Source: the human T2T-CHM13v2.0 reference genome, Homo sapiens
Direction: 5' to 3' (one strand)
DNA length: 64,000 bases
Assembly (NCBI RefSeq): GCF_009914755.1
Contig: NC_060927.1
Numbering within the stretch: position 1 is the stretch's first letter; every line of letters starts with the position of its first letter. The position numbers and the translations under genes are program-made. The notes under the pieces are model-generated. The model was not told where the DNA came from. It made no database searches and was given only the letters and a program-made list of their open reading frames with translations. Below, piece after piece: positions 53,650 to 64,000 of this stretch.

Positions 53650-54023
53650 TGTCTTAATCTGTTCTGGCTGCCATGACAAAAAACCACAGACTGGAGGGCT
53701 TAAACAACTGACATTTATTTCTCACGGTTCTGGAGGCTGGGCAGTCCAAGTTCAAGGCGTAGGCCTGGTTTGGTTTTGGTTAGGCTTTCTTCCTGGCTTG
53801 CAGCAGTTACGTTCTTGCTACAGCCTCAAATGGTGGAAAGAGGAAGCTCTCACATCTTCCTTTTCTTATAAGGACACTAATCCCATCCTGAGGGTTCCAC
53901 CCGAATGGCTTCATCTAAACTTAATTACCTCCCACAGGCCCCACCTCCATACTATCATATTAGGAATTAGGGCTTCAATTTATACGTTTGGGAAACAGGG
54001 ACACAAACATTCAGTCCATAACA
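53650..54023 (-). mobile_element. MLT1A0-like MaLR solo LTR
   Basis: tgtcttaatctgttctggctgcc...ttctggaggctggg...cttataaggacactaatccc...cattcagtccataaca. Degenerate 5-bp TSD ccaac/ccgat. Confidence 0.9.
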
Positions 54024-54284
54024 CCGATGCATGCCTTCTAAGCAGAATTCATATTTTCTGACTATTAATGATTTGATGTAAAAAGACAAGGCAGAATAAA
54101 ATTATAAATTATGTTCAGATTTCTGTTATGAATTGTAATTTCACAAAGTCAAGTCAAAACACAAACGCATATTGGATCCCAATTATTTGACTCATTTCTC
54201 AAGCTATTGGCTGGAGAATGTTTTCAAGTATTACTGTTACAAATAATCTTCCATTCATAAAAATATCTCCCTACCCCCATTCTC

Positions 54285-54530
54285 CATTGTAAAGAGCACT
54301 GAAGTAAGTCTCAGAAGTATTGACATAGAGTCTACACCTTAACAGTCACTAGCTTTGTGACCTTGAGAAAGTTGTTTCAGTCATCTGTGGCTCAAATTCC
54401 TCATCTAAAAATAGGAATAATTATATTTTGTCTACTTCCCACAATGGGTCATTTTGAAGATAAAAAAAGCAAAATGTTGACACACTTTGAAAAATACAAA
54501 TTGCTATACAAGTGTAAGGGATCATGTTTA
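54285..54530 (+). mobile_element. MIR
   Basis: cactagctttgtgaccttgagaaagtt...ctcaaattcctcatctaaaaatagg. Confidence 0.8.
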
Positions 54531-57500
54531 TTAAAGTACATTTACATTCCTTATTGCGTTTTTATCCTCAGAGCAATCTGCTACAACCACTTTCCCTCAT
54601 CAGCAAAATCCATGAATATGAAAAAAGGTAAGTGTGAAGAGCAACTTTACTAAAGCCCTGCAAATTGTAGGCAAAATTGTATTCATTTTCTTCTGCCATC
54701 ATAAATGACAACCTTCAAAACTGGAGACCTTCCTAAACATTTTCAGCTACTTGTGCATATAGGGTCTTTTATGCCCATCCCAGCCTGCTGGCAAGGGAAT
54801 GCCAACATCTGGAGAAAATTCACTTAAGCAAAGTGAAAGCTGAAAACTGAAATTGTATCAGGTGAGTTGCTATTAACTATAATTTTGCTATCTTATATAA
54901 TTTTAAGTATTTTTCAGACATTTTTGTACATTGGCCTTAATATTCTATAGAGTTAACACCGGCTTTACACTGCAGAGTCCTATGAAAGAAGCAACTAGAA
55001 ACAGAAAAAAAGATTATGGAATTTATCACATTTAATTTAAAATTTAATTTCTATGGCCTTGTCCTTACTAGGACTTGGGTTAAAAAAAATAAAAAAAATA
55101 ATAAAAAAAAAAGCTAGTGTTTCAGCAGCAAAAGGGATTGTTTCTCTTGTCAATGCCCGAGTACTAGCTTTCATAGGGAATATCAGCCTTAGGGAATGCG
55201 TGGAGGAAGTGGATTCCCTTCCTCTCTGCTCTCCCACACCCATTCAGTCTTGCACATCCAACACATATTTCTAAGTGCCTGGCACTAACAAGAGTGCTGA
55301 GGACATAGATTAAACAACATTTATCCATTAAAAACTCTCAGCCTACCAACCCCATTCCTGCCCCCATAGCACCCATCTTCCTGTGGGGCAGACAGCATTT
55401 TCTGTGAGCATCAATCCTGATACTGCTGCGAATTTCCTTTCTGACCTTGGCCAGGTTACTTTTCTTTTTCCTCTCCACTTACAGAAATGTGATATTACAT
55501 GTGGGCAAAAAAAGAAAAAACTGAAAGATTGATAAGAAAGAAAAGAGATTCACTACATCCCAGCCAATGCCCTAATACAGGTTCATATGCATTTGAGGTT
55601 TTGGAATCAAGAGGGTTTCATGAAAATACCTTCCATTTCAAGGGCTGTGTAAGCCTGGAGTTCATATGCAATCAGGGCTGACTTCCAGCTGCTTCATAAC
55701 GATTTTAACGCTGCGACAGAGCAAAGCATCTTCCTATTTTCAATCCTAGCAATTTGGTTCAAGCATGATCTCAACCACTTTAAGCTTTGATATTTCTAGC
55801 CACCTCTTATGCTGTATTTTCTCTTAATGCCACCAATCATGTGTGAAATTCTGTTGCAAAACTAATCTTTTTGGGAAATGATATGTAATGGCTTCTCTAA
55901 AGAGAGACAGACAGAAAGAGAGAGGGCAGGGACTATGACCTTTGTTGTTTTTTGACATGTTTTTCCTAGTGCAATACAAATGGAAACATCCCTTTCTCAA
56001 GGTCAAAGTAGAAATAGGCTTCTGCTTATACAAGCATCATGCTTTCTTAGGCAGGAAAAGCTTTGAAAATGATCCTTATGACTTGATTTTTAAAACCTCT
56101 AATGTATATAATGGTTGCTAAACTTGAAAGCCAGCTGTGCTTAAAAAGTACTTTAATGTCTATCTTATTAAGTCAATACTTAATGTATTACATTTCAAAT
56201 GATGTGAAAAGATCCAGGAATACATAAATGCTATGACTGAAGTACAATATTAAGTCTATATATATAACAAGGAACTATTTGACATTCCAGTATTAAACAC
56301 ACACACACCAACCAACACATCTTGTCTTATCAACGGAGCGTTCAGTCAAAAGCAACTGTGACCGAATCTTCCGGAATGGAAGTCAGAAACCACTAATTTA
56401 AATTTGTCATTTGTTTTTTGGAACAACTATGTCATCCACGAAAGCGTAACTTTGCAAGTCATCATTAGCTCATGAATTTTGGAACTTATCCCTTAAATAA
56501 GCATACCTCATTTCCATATAATTACAACAACTGTGGAGGTCCTTTTAAAAAACTAGCTTAAAATTTAAGGATGTGATAAGGAATCCATGTCACTGGCATG
56601 TTGATCAAATTTGGAATTTGGCTTTTAAAATAGGAACTTCATATGAGATTAAAAAGAGAATAGTCTTGAGGAAGAAATCTTTATGGCTTTTAAAGTTATC
56701 TTAGATTTCAGGTTCTTATTCATGACCCTTTCTGATAGTATTCACCTGTTAACATTCTCCAGCCCTGTTTTGTAGTAATTTATTGCATGTAATTTAGATG
56801 TATTTGTAATAAGACATAATGGTCAGGACTTCACACTTTAAAAGGGGGACTTTAGACATAGAAGTTTCTTCCTGAATTATTCTCACCCCTGTCAGCTTCG
56901 GGGAGATAGAAACAGTGGCTGAGTGTTTAGAAATAGTCGAGTGGACCTAATTCCTCATAACAGATCACTCAGTACAAACTAATTAGAAGGAGTTAAATGT
57001 TTCCACTGAAACCACTAAAAAGGAATGTTTTTCTCTGCTGCCTGCTGCTTTCTGATCGTTTCCTTCCTCATAACCTTGCCATTTAAATATTTTTCTAACA
57101 CACTAGTTTGGAGGTGAACTTGATGGTCCAGCTACAACCAAAAGTGTAAGTGCTGACATGAGAATGTTCTAAACATCCCAGGGGAAAAAAGTCCTTCCTA
57201 AGACAATGTACAAATGCGTCTATTATAGGCAGGGGAATAGGGTTCTGTCCTAGAATTTTCCTACTAGATTTTCTTTTTTTTTTTTTTTAGCTGTTGTATT
57301 AAAAGCTTCCTCAGTGAGGTTTTTGTTTTGTTTTGTTTTTATTATAGGCATGCCACCAAATGTTTTTCCTATTTTCCTTAGGCATTTTAATGAAGAGAGT
57401 TGATCCACAACTAACACCAAGGCGAACTTGAATGATTCATTCACACTTTCTAAATTTTGCCTGCCCTTTTCTCTAGGTTTAATTAATATGCCATTAATAG

Positions 57501-59004
57501 GAACATTTAGGGAGAGCTCTAATATTTGCCTCTTAATTCTGTTTAAAGTGTATCATTTCATTTTTTTTAGGAGTATTCTCATGGGGGCAAGCCCCAGATC
57601 CTTCTTGGCTATAAGCTTACCACAGTCTCTACCTGCTTGACTCAGAACTGAAAGCTTCCTGATATGCAGCCACACAGAATTTCTTCAGCACAATCAGCCT
57701 CCCATTTTCTCTCCTGATGGCAAAGGGTGAGACATGGCATCTCTCTGGCCAACCATGGGGAATCTGTGTGGTTGACATGACCACTGGCAACGACTCACCT
57801 ATCCAGCAGTGGAGAAATGTGTCAGGCCAGATGGAAATGGGGAGACAATTCAAACATACGGTGCTTAGAGCTGGAGACAGTGCACAGTTACAACCTTCTG
57901 CCAGGCGCTGAGCAATTGCTGGGGTGCACTCAAGCAAATAACCTGCCCTTCATACCAGCACAGTCCTCTTAACCAAACTGTAACTGGGCAGCTCAGTCCA
58001 TTGTACTGACAACCACCCACAGCCTCTCTTCCTTAATCTAGGGAGAAGTCTCCCAGCTGCCTTGCTTTTATTTCTGGATAAATTATTAATGGCTATTCAT
58101 CTTTGGCACATGTAATTTTTAACTATCTAAAACATTGATGGGGGTGGGAGGGTAAATTTATAAGTATTTATTATTTTCCCTTGCTTTTACAGTAAATCCC
58201 ACTCAGGTTGCTGACTGAGATTTTCCCTGCTTCCTTCTCCCATGTGAACCTTATATTTAACTCCAAATGGTGAATGCAAGATCCAAGATTGATAGAATAA
58301 GTAACAAAAGTGTCCACGGTGACTGAACAGCAAACTCTGAAATCACAGCACAGGAAGTACAAATGAACGATTATTGAAAACACTGCACTAAAATCTCAAT
58401 AGGAGATAAGAGTGAGGCTTAAGTCATTAGAAAGCTCTATTATTCTGGCAAGTCTGAGACAGCACACTACAAACATGAGCTGTTCTTGAGATCTGAAAAT
58501 ATTACATCTTCCACCAACTTGCACACACACACAACTGACTCCAACTAAGCAAGGGCAGGGTCCAGTTGTCCAGTCCCAAGGGGAAGGAGGAATGAATTGA
58601 AGCAGATAGGCTGAGCCAGGCTATTCAGGTAGTGATTCTTCAGCTATATTTGAAGGGGTGGGGGTGGGGGGCAACACTGACAAATCAGATGATTTATAAA
58701 GGAAGTAAATATCCCGCTTTCATATCAATTCACCCGTACCATAGCATCACCATGCTCTTCATCACGCTCTGCTGGGGACACAAATAAAGGATTTGTGACA
58801 TCTCTACCCCATTCTCACAAGTCACCAGAAAAGCCTAAGAATGCAGCATTGCTTTCCCTTTGTCCCTGTTCTCCCTGACTTGATAAACCATTTGCAGTTG
58901 AAAAATGAAGAAGAAAGTAATGGCCAACCAATTTGCAAAGTGAAAGCATTGCTTGGAAAAATTACCTGAAATCGCTACAATTTTGAACACGCACACACAT
59001 TAAG

Positions 59005-59055
59005 ATACATACACATGTACACATATATGTGTGTGCGTACATACATACATATATA
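59005..59055. repeat. 51-bp perfectly alternating purine-pyrimidine tract
   Basis: atacatacacatgtacacatatatgtgtgtgcgtacatacatacatatata. Confidence 0.9.
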
Positions 59056-61127
59056 AATACATAGTCTTCAGCATTTTCAAACATTAGGATGCTATTGAAT
59101 TTTAACATGCCTGAAGTGTACTGCTCAATTCTTTTTGCCCTCGCTCTTGTACCACACATTTTTTTTTTAGAGACAGGTGGGCTCCCAAAGTTGTGGATAT
59201 CTAACAGCTTGTACGAGAAGCTGCATAGCATAACCCGAAAGAAACAGCATTCCTGAATACATAGGATTTCCTCTGGGAGCAGAAAAACATTTCTTATACC
59301 AAAATTATGGTAAGACAATGTTCAAGACACTGAGGGCAACTTTAGCCTTGCCTTTCAAAGAGTAGAGTTTCATCTAAAGTAAGTAGGACATCACATTTCA
59401 ATTCGTACTATTAAAAACTTGCATTACACAATGAAATTGATTACCCTATGAATCACTCTGCTTTACAAGAGGCTGAACTAGCATACAGTTAATAACACAA
59501 GCTAGCCCACTGAACATTTCTCCAATAGTCACACGATAATCCAGTCCAGCATGGATGGCCTTTGACCAGTACTTTTAGACTCTACTGCTATTCTAATTGG
59601 CCCTACTTCCTCACGACGATCACATAAGGAATTGTTTCAAGAGGGTGAAAATATAAACTAAAATTATAATCTGTTTCATCATCCTTCAGTATCATTACTG
59701 ATGCTGAAATTGTATTTTGTCCAAAAGACCTATTATCTTTACAAGCTTTTCCATTTATGAAAATATATGCATGATAAACTCTGTTAGTGGCCAATAAACA
59801 AGCTTACCACCTCCATTACTACCCACTGGAAAGAGATGGTTTTTAACTACAGATTCTGCTTAAATTTGGCAATGCAATGAAATTGTTTCTTCCAAATCAT
59901 TTTCAGCTATTTTAAGACTTCTCTTCTAATATGATACAAATTATAGGCAAATCAAAACTGTCAAGACAACTAAAGGCATTTAGCTTTTGGAACTTAGATT
60001 CCTTCCACACACTCTCAAATGTCTCAAAGCCTAAAGGAAACAAAACAGAGCAAATAGTACATACAGAAATAAATTTCCAACAAACTAATAGTGCCCCAAC
60101 CTAAGTTTATCTAAATACCTCTTTAATCTGAAAGAAGACACTAGATTTAATATTTAAAGCAAACCAAGAAATCAGAGCATTTGCATCTTGGATACATTTC
60201 CTAGCCCCTCTCCAGTTGCTCTATCAAACCTTTTAATATCGCATAGATGCCCTTAAATGATGACGCCAGATAGGACTTACAGAAGGAAAGCATAACTTCA
60301 GAGAGGAGGAACAAATATTCAGTCCTTATCTTTGACTTCTTCTTATTTAGTGAAGGGGCTTGCCTCCTGTACTAGCAGTAAGTTGCGGCGTTAGAGTGCA
60401 AATGCACAGCTCCAAGCCCACTTCCAGTGCTCAACTGATAGCTCGGATCCAAGCCTCAACATGCTTTCTGGAAATGCAGGCAGCTCAACTGAAAACCTAA
60501 CTGAGGTTTCTACCGTGGCACAAAACTGACCTGCACAAATATTTGACATCTCCGAGACCTCTAAAGGTTTCAAATAATATGCATTTTGTGCTAGGCTGCT
60601 CCTAGCTAGACAGAGCACTGAGATGATATAGAGAAGTGTTCTCAGCTGCTCAACCACACTGCTCACTAGAGAATGTTTTCCTTTTCCGCCTCAGAACAAG
60701 AAAAACCAGCAAATACTGAATGAAATGCTCATATTGACTAAGCTTTCACAGCATCAATTGTATAGAAACTTTGTTTCACATTCCATTAAGTTAGCTCATG
60801 ACTTCCCACGCTGCACTATTTCTCCTTCACCTAGCTAAAAGAGCCAACTTCATTCAGGCAAATCAAGGCAAAGTTTACCCCCCCGCCCCCTCCACATGTC
60901 CCTGTCTCTTTTCTTTTCCAACTTAAACTCATCCACGGCTAAATTAACAGCCCCAGTTGTGGCACAAAGGAAGCTTTGAAGGCTGCACCGGCTTGGTCCT
61001 CCAGTTGCCAACTGGAGGTAGGTTTAATGTAACATATTCTTGCTGCTTAAAGAATTTTTTAAGGGCTTGTCTGCACGGATGAAGAGCCGGACACCCCCAG
61101 AATTACATCATCAGAGTGAACACTCAC

Positions 61128-61149
61128 CAAAATACATTATGTTTCTCAT
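61128..61149 (-). CDS. ZNF385D: First coding segment (22 nt, phase-1 intron follows) of zinc finger protein 385D
   Basis: Reverse complement reads ATG AGA AAC ATA ATG TAT TTT G, then the donor GTGAGT (61127-61122). The peptide MRNIMYF-G matches the recalled ZNF385D N-terminus. It lies at the edge of the only CpG-rich region in the window. Confidence 0.88.
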
Positions 61150-61750
61150 TAATCAGACAGCTGGAATCCCACCGCGGTGTCTTCAGCATCAGCTCTCACC
61201 CAAGGCTGGCACGTAGAGCAGAGCCCTTTCATGCTACATTCGGTGGAAATGTCCCCGGCGTGGAGAGCAGTGAGCGCCGAGAGCGTGCCTCCTCCGCGGG
61301 ATGAGCGCCTTGCAGGCTGCCTTTCCAGGGCTAAGATCCCCGGCGGCTGGAGAGTGCGCTCGGGCTGCCTGCTGCACTGCCCATCCTTACTGTAATCCGA
61401 CTCCTCCTTGCGATGTCCTTGCCGCGCCTGTGACATCAGGACTGAGAGTACTACAAGCAGACCCCTCCACCCCACCCCACCCCACCCTGGGTTAGCAGCC
61501 GCTCCACGAGGTGCTCCGACTGCCTGCCTGGACCAACCATGGCTCTCGGGAAGCTTTGACGAGCCCAGAGACTTGGGAAGGGGCGGAGTGAGGGGCGCGG
61601 GAGGCTCTCTTAAAGCGAGAAGGGTGTCGGGATCCACACAGGAACACACAGGAGAAATTCACCACTGTGCAGGAGGGACGTGGTTAAGGCGAGTTCTGCC
61701 ATTAACGTGTAATTAGACAACACTTTTACCCCGCCCCTCCTGTGAATGCC
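61150..61750 (-). promoter_or_regulatory. ZNF385D: CpG-rich 5'UTR/promoter region; exact TSS not determinable from sequence
   Basis: Sharp rise in GC and unmutated CpG outside repeats. GC boxes GGGGCGGAG (61580-61588) and CCCCGCCCCTCC (~61729-61740). Immediately upstream of the ATG on the minus strand. Confidence 0.8.
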
Positions 61751-62221
61751 ACCATTCTCTCCAAAATTTAACCTCCTCTACCAAGTTAAAACGGCAGTAC
61801 GAAGAGGGATGGTGCCGTGCTTGCATTCTCTTTGCTGTGGGCTTGAGGGTTTGTTGTTATTTTTTGTGATGTTTATATATAAGAGGAATAAAAGGAACGC
61901 CAGGGACCACTGCTAGGGTAATAGAGGTTCACACTTAGAAGTGATCACATCCCAGAAAGCTAGTACTTGGTGAAGTGTAATTTTTTATTTCTTGAGTGTT
62001 CCCTGAGCTATTATGTTGATAGAAAGATGTGAAGAAAAATAACTGGTGATAAAAGTCACCTCTCAGTTGCCCAGGACCAAATTTGCTGCCTCCCTTAGCA
62101 GGCAGGTAGAAAGCACACTGAGGCTGAAATGATCTTTGACCTCCTGAAACGGAGAGACGATTAGCCTGAAAGGCAACCAACATTGTGCCATAGTTAGAGT
62201 CCAGTCACCAATATAATATAG

Positions 62222-62274
62222 CCACACACACACACACCCACCCCCCCTCCCCCCCCCCACCACACACACACACA
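62222..62274. repeat. (CA)n - poly-C - (CA)n compound repeat ~1.1 kb upstream of the ATG
   Basis: cacacacacacacccaccccccctcccccccccccaccacacacacacaca. Confidence 0.92.
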
Positions 62275-63309
62275 ACGCTCTCATTAAATTTGAGATGAAC
62301 GGTCAAGAAAGGCAAAGCTTAGCAAAGCCTCTGGCTCCTCCAATGGTATAATGAATTGCAGTCCTTATCTTACATAGAAAAGGATATTAGAAAGAAATCC
62401 CTGAAAGCTGTGCTGATTAATACTTAAATGCACAGCATGGAAAAAATAAACTCATACAGCAAGTTCCGTTTCCTAAGGACTCATCACTTTGGGAACCAAT
62501 TTACGTACTGGAACATTTGAACTTATAAATTTCTATAGACATTTATGAAATTAAGAACCAAATATAAACAAAGAACTGTAGTCTATGGAAGAATGCAATT
62601 GATATATTTTTAATCTGGGCTTTTATAAAAGTGTGATAGCAAATATTTCTACATTTTGATATTAAAATATTCTATAGCATTTCCTTACGCGATTCTATAT
62701 CTCTTGGTGGATTTAATGTGCATAGAAACTAGGGGGCTGAAGCTCATAATAACGGCTTTCTGTGCAATCTTGCATAAAAGCTTAACTGTATTCTACCTCT
62801 GTGAAGAGTGCAATGAACAATATCCTCTCTCACGCTAGATTATAAAGAATTTGGTGAGTGAAAGTAGGTAAGCAAATATAAATCAGAAACATCACAGTGA
62901 ATCTTAAGATAAATCTGGGGCTGTTCTTTTAGAAATACTCTTAATTTAAAGCCACCAGAGGAAAATTTACATAGTAAAGGATATTAACTTTTTTACTCCC
63001 TTTTAAAAATTAAAATAAAAACAATGTTACGGGAAAGTATTGAAGAAAATGCGTAAATGTTTTTTCCTTTTGGACAAATGGAAATTGTCCAAAAGTACAA
63101 TTAGTAGTTCTTCCCTCAGGCAAAAGAACCATCTGTGGTAGAGCTTATTCATGAAGCCTGTAAGCTGCCTTGACCTCCTACATGTGCTAGGGGGCACTGT
63201 AGTTTAATGTTAGTGCTTTGGGTCCATTTGAGTTCCTGTAGTTGGAAGATGCAAGCATTGAGAGTTGAGTTTCAAATAGGAGATTTGAAACATTAAAGGA
63301 CTACCTTAA

Positions 63310-63500
63310 TCATTAATAACACGCTTGCATTTGCATGACATTTTACAGTTAAAAGGCACTTTCACATGTCATCTTTATTACTAACAAATTGAGATATAGA
63401 AAGGTGGATATTACAGATGTCACAAATGAAGAACCTGAGGCTCAGAGATGTTAAGCAACTTTCTTAATGATGTGATGAGTAAGAAACAGTTGTCTTACTA
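63310..63500 (-). mobile_element. MIR
   Basis: acaaatgaagaacctgaggctcagagatgttaagcaactt. Confidence 0.8.
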
Positions 63501-64000
63501 TTTGTTTGTTGAATTTATATTACAGTTCTCCAACAGGTTTCCTTCTTCAAATAAATGTGCTATTTATAATGGCTCAGGTAAAAGTCACCCCCAATAAAAC
63601 AATGTCACTGCATGTTTTAGAAACAAATATATCTATATGGTCACAATTACATCAGCAGGGAGCATTTGGTAATAGAACATGCCAATCTTTGCCTGGTAGT
63701 ATACCCCAAAAAACAGCATGTAGCCTTTGAAAGAATATGGCATTCCAGAAACAATTGAGTGTAATATCTATACAATGTAATTCTGTTCAAACAGAAAAGG
63801 AAGATGCCCTTTTAAATTAAAGATATGTGCCCCTCTTCCCTGCAATTAAGGCTTATCTGGAATGTAGAAGCTTAAGATACAAAGTTGTTTATCTCTGGAT
63901 GGAAAACAAGTGATGTTTGTTTTAATTGTATACTTTTTCCTGTTTTACATAAAACTATTTTATTTATTTGTATACATTTATTAAAAAATGCAACTTTGGT

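Noticed and set aside
61149-61649. 166-aa minus-strand ORF as a stand-alone gene
   Set aside because: Begins at a non-ATG codon in GC-rich promoter DNA with no recognisable domain. Only its ATG-initiated portions are considered, as uORFs.

Overview
This is primate (most likely human) genomic DNA. It is AT-rich and CpG-depleted, and roughly half of it is recognisable interspersed repeat. The only host coding sequence I can support is a 22-nt first coding segment on the minus strand (61149->61128, ATGAGAAACATAATGTATTTTG|gtgagt = MRNIMYF-G). This matches my recollection of the N-terminus of the zinc-finger gene ZNF385D (MRNIMYFGGTCQSPALP...). It is preceded by a CpG-rich 5'UTR/promoter at about 61.15-61.75 kb. 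The next exon is not visible, so 1-61127 reads as part of a very long first intron. That intron holds 9 Alu loci, a 5.2-kb inactivated L1PA, many older L1/L2/MIR/CR1 fragments, a full-length two-LTR THE1A, solo LTRs and hAT/Tc-mariner MITEs, often nested with readable target-site duplications (TSDs). Almost all entries in the ORF track are repeat-derived or chance ORFs. I see no prokaryote-type system, CRISPR array or RNA gene. The most interesting signals are a uORF-dense leader whose stop codon overlaps the main start (TAATG), a sense-oriented THE1A retaining a splice donor and DUX4-type motifs, and several unusual insertion architectures. Repeat subfamily names come from memory of consensus sequences, not from a search. 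Boundaries without TSDs are approximate.
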